This document shows, piece after piece, positions 43,509 to 52,517 of a stretch of 64,000 nucleotides of DNA. This DNA is from Chloroflexia bacterium. Its GTDB lineage: Bacteria > Chloroflexota > Chloroflexia > QHBQ01 > JADMIH01. Each line of letters opens with the position of its first letter. The stretch's first letter is position 1. The notes beneath the pieces were generated by a model. The model ran no database searches. It was not told the origin of the DNA and worked only from the letters and a program-made list of their open reading frames with translations. The stretch is taken from assembly GCA_034437815.1 (NCBI GenBank), contig DAOTTC010000057.1:24225-88224 (forward strand), in the 5' to 3' direction. The position numbers and the translations under genes were made by a program.

Positions 43509-44831
43509 ATGAAATGTCCTAACTGTGGTAACGAGAACCCGCCTGATTATGTGTTCTGCGACGAGTGCGGCGCGCGCCTGCAAGATGTGAGCGGGCCCGC
43601 TGAGTCTGCTGAGCCTGCCGCACCCATCGAGCCGGGACGGGCAGGTATGGCAGGTGCGCCGTCCGATGCGGCGCTGACGATCGGGGAAGTGGGCTCGCCC
43701 GTCCCAACTCAGCAACAGGCCGCGGAAGGCGAGGCAGCGCCTGTGGCGGGCACAGAGGGCGCGGTGGTGGTCGGAGACACGGGAATGCAGCAAACCCCAC
43801 CGGACAGTGAGGAGTTCCGACCCTATACAGGCCGACCAGAGGCCGAGGGCTACGAAGCGGGCACTCAGGCACAGCCCGTGGGCGAGCAGGCACAAGGCCC
43901 AGAGATGCCAGTGACCGAAGATACGATGGCTACGGTGGGCGGTGTAAGCGCAGACACCGGCATAGCCACGGGTGCGGAAGCCGATCGGGCAGTGTCAGCC
44001 GAGGGGGCCGCCGTGCCGGAGGCAGAGCAGGTAGAAGCAGAAGAGGGTCCATCGGAGATACCCGGCATGCCCGGCGTTGTGCCCATCAGCGCCGCCATGG
44101 AGCGCAAAGCCCGGCCCGGCCCTGAGGCGGGCGCAGGTGTGGGCGCAGGGGCCGGCATGGCCGATGCTTCATGGGCGACTGCGGCGCTGCAACGACTGAA
44201 TGAGGCGCAGTGGGCCGCAGGCCGCGGAGATTGGGTGGGGTTCGGTCAGGCCTTGAACCAGTTGAGGCAAGCGCTCGAAGATGTCAGCCGGAGCCGGCAG
44301 GCACACCCGGTAGGTGAGATGCCCCGCATAGGGGTTGGCGAGCATCCACCCTACCACGCGGTAGATGCGGGTGCGATCGCGGAGACGTACGGTCCCTCCG
44401 TAGAGCCGGTGGAAGGGGTGGAGGCACCGCCACCGGCTGTGGCGCCTCCACCGGCTGTGGCAGGCACCACCCCGGCGGGTGTAGCCGAGACGGCGGCACA
44501 ACCGCAGCCGGTGGCCCGGCTGGTGATTATCTCGACCGGAGCCGAGCTGCCTCTGCCCGATCAGGAAGAGATCACTATAGGCCGCGAGGACCCGAGCAGT
44601 GGCATCTTCCCCGATGTCGACCTGACCCCCTACGGAGGCGAGGAGGGCGGGGTGTCCAGAAGACACGCCCGCATCCTGAGGATTGGGGAAGATTACTACA
44701 TCGAGGACCTGCAATCCACCAACTACACCAAGCTGGACGGCCAGCGCCTGCCTGCACATGTGCGTGAGCGGCTGGAAGACGGTTCGAGGATAGATTTCGG
44801 GCGGGTGCCGGTGATTTTCCGCAGGGGCTAA
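43509..44831 (+). CDS. Zinc-ribbon / FHA-domain protein
   Basis: The N-terminal CPNCGNENPPDYVFCDECG is a zinc ribbon. An acidic, disordered middle region follows. The C-terminal FHA signature is ITIGRED ... GVSRRHARILRIGEDYYIEDLQSTNYTKLDGQRL. SD GAGGAG lies 8 nt before the ATG. Confidence 0.85.
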   Translation: MKCPNCGNENPPDYVFCDECGARLQDVSGPAESAEPAAPIEPGRAGMAGAPSDAALTIGEVGSPVPTQQQAAEGEAAPVAGTEGAVVVGDTGMQQTPPDSEEFRPYTGRPEAEGYEAGTQAQPVGEQAQGPEMPVTEDTMATVGGVSADTGIATGAEADRAVSAEGAAVPEAEQVEAEEGPSEIPGMPGVVPISAAMERKARPGPEAGAGVGAGAGMADASWATAALQRLNEAQWAAGRGDWVGFGQALNQLRQALEDVSRSRQAHPVGEMPRIGVGEHPPYHAVDAGAIAETYGPSVEPVEGVEAPPPAVAPPPAVAGTTPAGVAETAAQPQPVARLVIISTGAELPLPDQEEITIGREDPSSGIFPDVDLTPYGGEEGGVSRRHARILRIGEDYYIEDLQSTNYTKLDGQRLPAHVRERLEDGSRIDFGRVPVIFRRG

Positions 44832-44859
44832 CCAAGAACCGGCCCGTATGAACAGCAGA

Positions 44860-44895
44860 GCAGGCGGAGCAAGCGGAGCAAGCGGAGCAAGCCGT
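44860..44895. repeat. 9-bp tandem repeat (GCAAGCGGA) x4 (outer units degenerate)
   Basis: Read directly: GCAGGCGGA GCAAGCGGA GCAAGCGGA GCAAGCCGT. It lies in the convergent gap between the FHA gene and the acidic-protein gene. Confidence 0.85.
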
Positions 44896-44994
44896 GAGCA
44901 ATGTCATCGCTCGGCGGCTTGGTCCTTTCGCTATGCCCGGAGCTTGGAGCGTGCTCTGAGCATGACGTAGGAGGCGGGCACAGGCACACGAAAC

Positions 44995-47900
44995 CTATTT
45001 TATCTTGTTGTACTCCTCGACCGCCTCCCGGAACCTGCCCTGCTTCATGTACAGGTCGCCGCGCACCTGATGGAATCGCGGCTTGTCACCGAACTCGTCT
45101 TCAAAATCGGCCAGTTCTTCGGCGATGATCTGCAACATGTAGGCCGGCACTTTATTGCGCTTCTTGAGCATGCGACGGTACACCCGCAGCGCGGCGTCCA
45201 ACTCGCCCGCTTGCGTGTATGCGGCGGCTAGCGCCATGTGTGCGCCCATATCTTCGGGGTTGTAGGTCACCAGTTCGTGCAATTCTTCGAAGCCCTCGAG
45301 CACCGGCAGTGGGCCGGACAGCAAGAGGTCAGATGGCACCGCGTCGGATGACATCACGTCGGTGTCGGCAGGTGGCGTGGGCTGGGGGGTGGGTTGGCTG
45401 AACAGAGGGCGCGTGCCCTTCGGCGGCGGCTTAGCGGCTACCTTCACCGCGTCCGCGTCCGATGGCTCAGGCTCCGACCATCCCAGCTTGTCATAGGCGT
45501 CCACTGCCTGTGCTGTGGTGGGCTCTCCATCGTGCTCATGCCCGTAAAGCTCCGCTTGTCCGGCCTGTTCAACTTGTCCGGTCTGCGCGTCCTGCTCAAT
45601 ACCTTCGATGTCCAGCGCTTCAAGGTCCTGCAAGGTCAGCATCCGGCGCGTAACCCACGAGTCCTGACTTATGCGTACCTTGACGCCTTCCTGTTCGGTG
45701 GCATCCACATCTGATATGGCAGGGGACTGATCGCCGCCCGTGTAACCGTCTTCGTAGGCTCCGGCATCCCCGATGTCTGCCGGCGATTCGCCCAGCCAAC
45801 TGGTTGCAGGGGCTTTCCTCTCCGGCTCACCTCCCTCGCCGACCACCGGCAGTTGAGAGGTGATGAAGAGTTCGGTATCGCTCCCCAGTTCGCTCCACAG
45901 TTCTGCTTCGTCAAGGGGGGGCAGAGCACCTGTATCGGCCGGCTCGTCTTCTTCGTGTGCGGGTACAACCGGTTGCATGGTGGGAGTGTTGGAATGCGTT
46001 GTGGTGCTCATATCAACGCTGGTGTGCAGTTTTTCGGTACCCGGAACGAGCGTAGGTTGGGTAGCCGACATGGGGAGAAACTCGGTGGGAGGCTCTTCCT
46101 CTTCAAGTTCGAGTTTGTTGAAGTCAAATGGGTCAACGTTCAAATCGCTTACCGTCACTTCTTCGACGCCTGCCATGAGAGTGGTGGGGTTGGCATCGCT
46201 CACATCGGGGTGTGCGGTGCCTTCGACCTCCACGGGGGCATCGGCTTCGCCCACCAGACTGCTTGTCATCATGGCGGTCCAGCTGAGGGGGCGATCGGAT
46301 TCGTCGATGTCGCGCACGTGAGAGGCTTGAATGAAGGAAGTGGGCCGGTCGGCCGCATCGGGCTGACCATCTACGTCGTACGAGTCTGCGGCTCCCGGGG
46401 TGCCCTCGCCCGTGCCCGCTCTCACGTCGGCGAGAGCGCCTGCAACCTCTGCGACAGGCTCGGCCTGCGGGGGGTGCGCCCCGATCAGTTGGTCGAGCGC
46501 ATCCAGATCGGCGGTAGGCCCGCTCGCCCCGGCGTCAGGCATGGATACCATCGAGGCCAGCAATTCGCCTGTCCTGAAGCCGAGGTCTTCTTCCTCTGCT
46601 TGTATTACCTGCTTCGGCTCTTCGGGTAGTTGCAGTATCGAGAAATCGAACGGTTCAATTGGAGGGAGATCGAGGTAGTCGTCAAGCGTGCCGGCCTCTT
46701 GGGGTGCCAACTCGACTGCACCGGAGGCCGCCGGCGCGGGCGCGACGGTATCGTTCGGTGCGCCTGCCTGTGCCTGCGCATCTTCGGCCACTATGTGCTG
46801 AAGCTCAGGGATGGCTGTCAATTCGGCAGTATCGCGCAACCAGAAGGGCAGCGCATCAGCCTCATCTTGGGTCATGCTGTCCGCGCCGCCAGTGGTGGCT
46901 TCGGAGTAGTGCCCGGCCTGTGGCAGAACTATGGGGTTCGTCGGCTGCGGCTCTGCGTGTGGAGCTTGGGCATGGGCAACAGGAGTCGTGCTGCCCACAC
47001 TCAGGCCGGGGCTTGCTTCCGCCTGCATCACGACCTGTGCAGGGCCTTCGACCATGGCAGGGTGCAATGGCTGGGAGTGTGCACCTTGGTCAAACATGAA
47101 CTCTTCGAATTGCAGTTCTTCGCCGCGGAACCGGCCTGCCCCAAGCTCTGATTCCTCTTTCTGGGGCGTGTGTGCTGTGCCAGCAGTCGCCTCGGTTTGT
47201 TCGACTGCCATCTCGATGCCTTCATCCCCGTGGAGTGCACCCGCTTGCTCCGGTGCCTCTGCCACCAACTCAACTTCATGGAGGGCGACCGGCTCGTGCT
47301 CGGCTATGGCAGCGTAAGGCTCTGCTCCCGCGGCTCCATCCCCATCCCCATCCCTATCCTCGTAGTAGTCCGTGGTAGGGTGCGAAGCTTCCGCGCCAGA
47401 CTCTTCCGTGCGTGCTTGCGTTTTCGCTTTTACCTCGGCGGCCAGATCCGAGATGAACAGGCTGTACTCATCAACTGAGCTGTCCTCGGCGTGGTCGGCG
47501 TGGACCACACCATTGTCCTGTTCATCGCCCATATGAGTAACCGCCGGTGCTTCGGCCAATTCACCTGCCGCCCGCATAGACCAATCGGGCGCAGTCCGAC
47601 CGGCGACCTGTGGATCGGCAGAGGCCGGTTCGCTGGCGGAGACGGCCTCCGTGGACGCTTGGGGTGCCACGCCATCGCCGCTGCTGTGGGCGGCCTTATC
47701 GGCGCGCAAAGCAAGCAGCACCGAGGTGAAATCCTCAACCTCGGCCAGAGAGACATCGTTCCACATAGCGGGTTGGGCTTCATAAGGCTCAAGCACAGGG
47801 GAGGTAAGACCACCAGAAGACAAAGGATCAGTCATAGCAGTTGGACCTGTTTTGTGGGTTGTGCTCATAGGGGGCGCTAAAGGGCCGGTTGAAAACGGGG

Positions 47901-48549
47901 TGTGGTCATCCCTGCCGTTGTGGCCGCCGGACGACAACGGACCCGTCGAGGTGGGGGAAGCGCCAGCGAGGGCCGCGGGGTGGTTGATTGTGACATCTTC
48001 CTTTTCTTCTTCATGCGCTTCGTGCTCTTCAGGCTCGCCATTCCTCAGCGCTTCCACCGATTGCCCCGCACCGGTGGCCTCTGGTGCCTCAGGCAGGCCG
48101 CCGGTTTGCAAATGCGCGGGCATGGGGACCTCATGCCCGGTGATGACGGGCGGCTCAGGTTCTGAAGAGGTCTGTTGCTCTAAAGGTTGGGCGGGTGCGG
48201 GCACGGCCTCGCCGACGATAAATGGAGGGATTTCGTCGTCGCCGACAATGCCCCTGTCGGCAGAGAAGAACTGGATGCCCTCGTCGCCGGCGGGGTGACG
48301 GTCGTAGTCGGGGCCAAGCACCCCACCATTTGCGTTTTTATCATCGCCCACTTGCGATAGCCTGACTTCTGACTGTTCGTTTGGATCGTACATATAGACC
48401 TCGTACTCTATCTTTTCTCCCCTGAACCGCCTGACCGGCAGATGGGTGATCGCCGCAATTTGTGCCACCGGCTCCACAGGCGGTGGCATCGGCAATGTGT
48501 TGCCCTGCTGTTCGGTCTTGCCGGGTCGCTTGCGTTTACTTTTAGTCAT
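44995..48549 (-). CDS. Very large (1184 aa) highly acidic low-complexity protein with C-terminal TPR-like helices
   Basis: One ORF with SD GGAGA 7 nt before ATG 48549. Most of the sequence is D/E/P/A/T-rich and looks disordered. The last ~120 aa (GAHMALAAAYTQAGELDAALRVYRRML ... GDLYMKQGRFREAVEEYNKI) are TPR-like. Internal repeated motifs are described in the findings. Confidence 0.7.
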   Translation of the reverse strand: MTKSKRKRPGKTEQQGNTLPMPPPVEPVAQIAAITHLPVRRFRGEKIEYEVYMYDPNEQSEVRLSQVGDDKNANGGVLGPDYDRHPAGDEGIQFFSADRGIVGDDEIPPFIVGEAVPAPAQPLEQQTSSEPEPPVITGHEVPMPAHLQTGGLPEAPEATGAGQSVEALRNGEPEEHEAHEEEKEDVTINHPAALAGASPTSTGPLSSGGHNGRDDHTPFSTGPLAPPMSTTHKTGPTAMTDPLSSGGLTSPVLEPYEAQPAMWNDVSLAEVEDFTSVLLALRADKAAHSSGDGVAPQASTEAVSASEPASADPQVAGRTAPDWSMRAAGELAEAPAVTHMGDEQDNGVVHADHAEDSSVDEYSLFISDLAAEVKAKTQARTEESGAEASHPTTDYYEDRDGDGDGAAGAEPYAAIAEHEPVALHEVELVAEAPEQAGALHGDEGIEMAVEQTEATAGTAHTPQKEESELGAGRFRGEELQFEEFMFDQGAHSQPLHPAMVEGPAQVVMQAEASPGLSVGSTTPVAHAQAPHAEPQPTNPIVLPQAGHYSEATTGGADSMTQDEADALPFWLRDTAELTAIPELQHIVAEDAQAQAGAPNDTVAPAPAASGAVELAPQEAGTLDDYLDLPPIEPFDFSILQLPEEPKQVIQAEEEDLGFRTGELLASMVSMPDAGASGPTADLDALDQLIGAHPPQAEPVAEVAGALADVRAGTGEGTPGAADSYDVDGQPDAADRPTSFIQASHVRDIDESDRPLSWTAMMTSSLVGEADAPVEVEGTAHPDVSDANPTTLMAGVEEVTVSDLNVDPFDFNKLELEEEEPPTEFLPMSATQPTLVPGTEKLHTSVDMSTTTHSNTPTMQPVVPAHEEDEPADTGALPPLDEAELWSELGSDTELFITSQLPVVGEGGEPERKAPATSWLGESPADIGDAGAYEDGYTGGDQSPAISDVDATEQEGVKVRISQDSWVTRRMLTLQDLEALDIEGIEQDAQTGQVEQAGQAELYGHEHDGEPTTAQAVDAYDKLGWSEPEPSDADAVKVAAKPPPKGTRPLFSQPTPQPTPPADTDVMSSDAVPSDLLLSGPLPVLEGFEELHELVTYNPEDMGAHMALAAAYTQAGELDAALRVYRRMLKKRNKVPAYMLQIIAEELADFEDEFGDKPRFHQVRGDLYMKQGRFREAVEEYNKIK

Positions 48550-48570
48550 AGGCTAATCTCCACGCATGGA

Positions 48571-48591
48571 AGCGTAAAGCGTAAAGCGTAA
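48571..48591. repeat. 7-bp tandem repeat (AGCGTAA) x3
   Basis: Read directly. It lies 22 nt upstream of the ATG (48549) of the acidic protein gene and downstream of the sbcD stop. Confidence 0.9.
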
Positions 48592-48713
48592 GGGGCACAC
48601 GGCTGATGCATCTGCATGCGGAGCGGTTGAACATCAGGCCTGTGTGGCTCTGCATGCATCATGTTATGGCATGGTATGGTCTGTGGCTCGCATCAGGCTT
48701 TACGCTTATGCTT

Positions 48714-49982
48714 CTACGCTCCGCTCTCCTTTTTTCCCATTACATCGGTCAGGGCAGCATTGAGCCTATCAAAGTGCTTGAGCAGAACATCAATACGCTC
48801 TGGAGGGGTCTCTCGACTTTGCAGGTATATTTGCAATGCTTCCCTCGGGCTCATTTGCTCCACCACATGGTCACCCAGACGCAGGCGATGAGACCGGGTG
48901 ACATTGGTGACCACCGACCAGAAAGAAGGCCTGTGAGCAGCAAGGGCATGCCTTATCTCGTCCTGACGCAGGTCAGACTGGCGCTCAGGGGTGGTCTCGA
49001 TCACCAGCAGCACCACCGCGTCGCGGATCTCATCCGCCCGCTCATGGATGCGGCGCAGCACCTCGTCGGTGGGGAAGTCGCAATCGGCGTTGACCCTGAT
49101 CCTGAGGAAGCGTCGGGCGTCCACTTCATGGAAGGTGTAGCGCACGTCGCGTACTCCGTCGGGTCCCGGCTCGCCTATCTCCACACACACAAAGCCTTTC
49201 TTGTCGTGCTCTTCCCCGAAATCTATGCGTTCCAACGAGCCGGGGTACACGATGAGTGGTCGCTGGTGGCTGAGCACCTGATGTTTGTGGATGTGGCCCA
49301 TGGCTACGTAGTCGAAGCTGGGGTTGGCGAGGATGGCCTTGGGCAGCACCACGTCTTGACCAAGCATGATGCTCTTCTCGCTGGAGAACACTGCGCCTTC
49401 CACCGAGGCGTGGGCGGTCAAGATAGCGGGGTGCGAAGGATCGAGTTGTTCCACCGCCTCGGCTATGAAGTGCTCGACCAAGGCGATGATTTCGCGGCTG
49501 AGGCTGTCGGGGTCGAGGTTGCGGTAGTCTTTGTTGCTCAGCAGATAGGCGCGCGATAGCCACGGGATAGCAACTATTTGCACTTTGCCTGCGCGCGTCT
49601 CGATGTTATACAGGCCCGGCTTCTGCGCCACGGTGACCTGCGGCACGGCCAGCGTGGAGTAAATCTCCACGGTGCTGGCCCGTTGGAGGGCGTTGGGCAC
49701 GTCGTGGTTGCCGACCAAGATGAAGGTTGGCAGGCCCGCTTCAGACAGCCTGCGCACTCGCTTGGCGAACTCGCGTTGCACGGTAGGTGTGGGGTCTCGG
49801 TTCTTGAATATGTCGCCCGCTATGATAGCCAGATGTACGTCGTTGCTCAGCGCCCAATCGAGGGCTTGGTCCAGCGTGCGCAGAAAGTCGCCAAGGCGCG
49901 TGGAGAGGCCGGTGGCCGGGTCTATGCGCCCGTAGTTCTCCATGCCCAGATGTATATCGGCCAGATGCAGTATTCGAAGCAT
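48714..49982 (-). CDS. sbcD: DNA repair exonuclease SbcD/Mre11 family
   Basis: Phosphoesterase motifs present: LHLADIHLG (D-x-H), AGDIF (GD), VGNHD (GNHD), MGHIH (GH-x-H). Confidence 0.85.
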   Translation of the reverse strand: MLRILHLADIHLGMENYGRIDPATGLSTRLGDFLRTLDQALDWALSNDVHLAIIAGDIFKNRDPTPTVQREFAKRVRRLSEAGLPTFILVGNHDVPNALQRASTVEIYSTLAVPQVTVAQKPGLYNIETRAGKVQIVAIPWLSRAYLLSNKDYRNLDPDSLSREIIALVEHFIAEAVEQLDPSHPAILTAHASVEGAVFSSEKSIMLGQDVVLPKAILANPSFDYVAMGHIHKHQVLSHQRPLIVYPGSLERIDFGEEHDKKGFVCVEIGEPGPDGVRDVRYTFHEVDARRFLRIRVNADCDFPTDEVLRRIHERADEIRDAVVLLVIETTPERQSDLRQDEIRHALAAHRPSFWSVVTNVTRSHRLRLGDHVVEQMSPREALQIYLQSRETPPERIDVLLKHFDRLNAALTDVMGKKESGA

Positions 49983-50001
49983 TTGGTACTCTAATCCGAT
50001 C

Positions 50002-50037
50002 GGGGGTCGAGATTATCAGCGCTAATCCTCGACCCCC
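50002..50037. other. Strong hairpin immediately upstream of sbcD
   Basis: GGGGGTCGAG-ATTA-tcagcgc-TAAT-c-CTCGACCCCC gives 14 paired positions. It lies 20 nt upstream of the sbcD ATG (49982), in the sbcD/IDH divergent region. Confidence 0.6.
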
Positions 50038-50069
50038 ACCTCCTCTTTGCACAACACGCACTGTGACAC

Positions 50070-50085
50070 AGCGCCAATTGGCGCT
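50070..50085. promoter_or_regulatory. Perfect 16-bp palindrome, candidate operator
   Basis: AGCGCCAATTGGCGCT lies in the divergent sbcD / isocitrate dehydrogenase intergenic region. Confidence 0.3.
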
Positions 50086-50293
50086 ATACCTGAGGCGAGT
50101 ATAGCAATCGGCTGTGTGGGGTGTCAACCCTCACTTATGGTACAATAGGCATACATGGTATTAGCCATTCCTTCGTGTGCGCAGCATATGCACAGGAGCC
50201 GAGCCGGGGATTGAGTCGTCCATCATCGTCTGCCCGTTCACCATCGGTGCCCTTCAATCCCCGGTCCTGAACTCTCAGAGAGGAGGTTTCGGC

Positions 50294-51385
50294 ATGACCT
50301 ACCGTATTACGCTTATCCCGGGGGACGGCATAGGACCGGAGATCTCGCAGGCCACACAGCGGGTGATCGACGCCACGGGCGTGCCTGTGGAATGGGAGGT
50401 CATAGAGGCCGGGGAGGTGGCGATCGCTAAATATGGCACACCCCTGCCCGACGAAGTGGTCGAGTCCATCCGGCGCAACAAAGTAGCGTTGAAAGGTCCC
50501 ATCACCACGCCGGTGGGCAAGGGCTTCCGGTCGGTAAACGTCGGGTTGCGTAAAGCGCTCGACCTTTACGCCAACGTGCGACCCTGCAAGACGCGTAAGG
50601 GCGTCAGGTCGCGCTACGATAACGTAGACTTGGTGGTGGTCCGCGAGAACACCGAAGACCTGTACGCGGGCATTGAGTTCGCCGAGGGCACCCCCGAAGC
50701 CGCCGAGCTGATTGACTGGATCAACCGCAAGAGCGGGGCCACAATCCGGGCCGACTCGGCCATCTCGATCAAACCTATCTCCATCACCGGAAGCAGGCGG
50801 ATCGTGGAGTTCGCCTTCAGGTACGCCCGCGAGAACAACAGGCGCAAGGTCACTGCCGTGCACAAGGCCAACATCATGAAGGCCACCGATGGCCTGTTCC
50901 TGCGCGTGGCAGAGGAGGTGGCCGCAGGCTACCCCGATATAGCCTTCGAGAACGTGATCGTTGACAACCTGTGCATGCAGCTGGTGCAGAAACCGGAGCA
51001 GTACGACGTGCTTGTGCTGCCCAACCTGTACGGGGATATAGTGTCGGACCTGTGCGCCGGACTGGTAGGCGGGCTTGGCGTGGCACCCGGGGCCAACATC
51101 GGCACCGATGTGGCTTTGTTCGAGCCTATCCATGGCAGCGCCCCCAAGTATGCCGGGCAAAACAAAGTCAACCCCATGGCTATGATGTACTCGGGGGTGA
51201 TGATGCTGCGGTGGATAGGGGAGCGCGAAGCCGCCAACCGGCTTGAACAGACTCTGGACGAAGTGATAGCCGAAGGTGTATACGTCACTTACGATCTGAA
51301 GCCCCGCCGGGACGACCCCACGGCCAAAGGCACATCGGAGGTGGCCGACGAGATTGTGCGCAGGCTCAAAGAGCGCAAGGCGTAA
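50294..51385 (+). CDS. Isocitrate dehydrogenase, NAD-type (isocitrate/isopropylmalate dehydrogenase family)
   Basis: SD AGGAGG at 50281-50286 precedes ATG 50294. Conserved blocks: [70 protein letters not shown]. The S-x-N and LRK substrate motifs favour isocitrate over isopropylmalate specificity. Cofactor preference is inferred from size only. Confidence 0.85.
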   Translation: MTYRITLIPGDGIGPEISQATQRVIDATGVPVEWEVIEAGEVAIAKYGTPLPDEVVESIRRNKVALKGPITTPVGKGFRSVNVGLRKALDLYANVRPCKTRKGVRSRYDNVDLVVVRENTEDLYAGIEFAEGTPEAAELIDWINRKSGATIRADSAISIKPISITGSRRIVEFAFRYARENNRRKVTAVHKANIMKATDGLFLRVAEEVAAGYPDIAFENVIVDNLCMQLVQKPEQYDVLVLPNLYGDIVSDLCAGLVGGLGVAPGANIGTDVALFEPIHGSAPKYAGQNKVNPMAMMYSGVMMLRWIGEREAANRLEQTLDEVIAEGVYVTYDLKPRRDDPTAKGTSEVADEIVRRLKERKA

Positions 51386-51517
51386 GATAACCAACCACCA
51401 AAGCGATAAAAGGCGTGGGTGCAGGGGCACTCCAACCGCTAGTCGCTTGTGCCCGCCCCTCCCCTACGGCTACAGCGGGACTGTGCTTGTTTCTCCCAAC
51501 CCCTGATATGTACGCCG

Positions 51518-51544
51518 GGGGCACGGGCACCCCTCCCGTGCCCC
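51518..51544 (+). terminator. GC-rich hairpin downstream of the isocitrate dehydrogenase gene
   Basis: GGGGCACGGG-caccct-CCCGTGCCCC forms a 10-bp perfect stem followed by ATTTGG, a weak U-tract. It lies about 130 nt after the TAA stop, in a convergent gap. Confidence 0.35.
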
Positions 51545-51583
51545 ATTTGGCGCCTTGGTGGCTAAACGCGCCCTTGCCCTTCG

Positions 51584-52408
51584 CTATTTATGATGGTCTA
51601 TACCCACGTATGCGTCAATGAAGCGGCGGATGCGGGCCTCATCGAACTCTTGCAGGCGGTCTATGCGCCCCCATGCCGTGAGCACAATTGGCTCGGCGAT
51701 GTCGGGGTTAGGGGCCATCACCACGTGGTTCTTGGGCGACTCCATCTCATGGTAGCTGGTTGCTATGCCCGCCAGCTTATCTACCGTCGCCTTGTCGAGG
51801 TCGGGCTTGTAATGGATGATCACACCGCCGTCTTCGAGGCCATGCACCTGTAGCTGTTTGGTTATCGGCTCGGTATACACCTGCCAGCGCGGCACATCGC
51901 CCACGTGCGGCCCCGAGGTGGGCGGGTTGCTATTGTACTGGGGGACCGGGTCGTTCGGAGAGATGTGGGGGCTGGGCATCTCTGGCACAGACTGGCCGGG
52001 CTTGGTCATCTCGCCTATTATAAGGGCCGCCAACCCACCCATCAACAGCACCACTACCGCCGCCAGTATGCCTGCCCGCCGCAGGCTTTTCATGCGTTTT
52101 CGACGCTCGGCGGCGGCCCGTACCGCGGCCTGCCGCTGCAAGCGCATTTCTCGCTTGTCGGCCTTGGTGGCCGGCTGACCTGCGATTTCTAATGTTGTGG
52201 TTTGTGCTGACTTGCTGTGGGCAAGGGGTAGTGAGTATTGCTGTGCCTGCCTTACAGTTTGCGCCTGTTTCTGATTCCGATTCTGGTTCTGACGCGCCTT
52301 ACCCTGTCTGGTTGTAGCCTGCTTGCTTGCTTTCGCCAATTGTTGTACTCCTGAATATGCATGGTGATAACGAACCGGGTTTGATAGTCCCTGCACATGC
52401 TTTGCCAC
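51584..52408 (-). CDS. DUF3105-family protein with basic N-terminal tail and one TM helix
   Basis: TM helix AGILAAVVVLLMGGLAALII. DUF3105-like blocks: YNSNPPTSGPHVGDVPRWQVY, HGLEDGGVIIHYKPDL and VVMAPNPDIAEPIVLTAWGR. The start is uncertain (GTG 52408 in the track; internal Met codons are possible). Confidence 0.6.
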   Translation of the reverse strand: MAKHVQGLSNPVRYHHAYSGVQQLAKASKQATTRQGKARQNQNRNQKQAQTVRQAQQYSLPLAHSKSAQTTTLEIAGQPATKADKREMRLQRQAAVRAAAERRKRMKSLRRAGILAAVVVLLMGGLAALIIGEMTKPGQSVPEMPSPHISPNDPVPQYNSNPPTSGPHVGDVPRWQVYTEPITKQLQVHGLEDGGVIIHYKPDLDKATVDKLAGIATSYHEMESPKNHVVMAPNPDIAEPIVLTAWGRIDRLQEFDEARIRRFIDAYVGIDHHK

Positions 52409-52517
52409 AGGACCATCCGGTCAGCCTGCGGGTCGTCTCCTAATTGTACCATAAAGCCCCGGCCTGTTAGCATGGAAGGCCGAGGCCGGGAAGAGCCAAG
52501 TCCTCCCCGGACCCCCT

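Noticed and set aside
44995-48549. SbcC/Rad50 partner of the upstream sbcD
   Set aside because: There is no N-terminal Walker A, no C-terminal signature/Walker B/D-loop, and no heptad coiled coil with a CxxC hook. The protein is acidic and disordered with a TPR end.
50135-51430. 431-aa ORF on the minus strand
   Set aside because: It lies entirely antisense to the well-supported isocitrate dehydrogenase gene. It has no recognisable motifs. Its Arg/Gly/Pro/His-rich composition is typical of shadow ORFs in GC-rich DNA.
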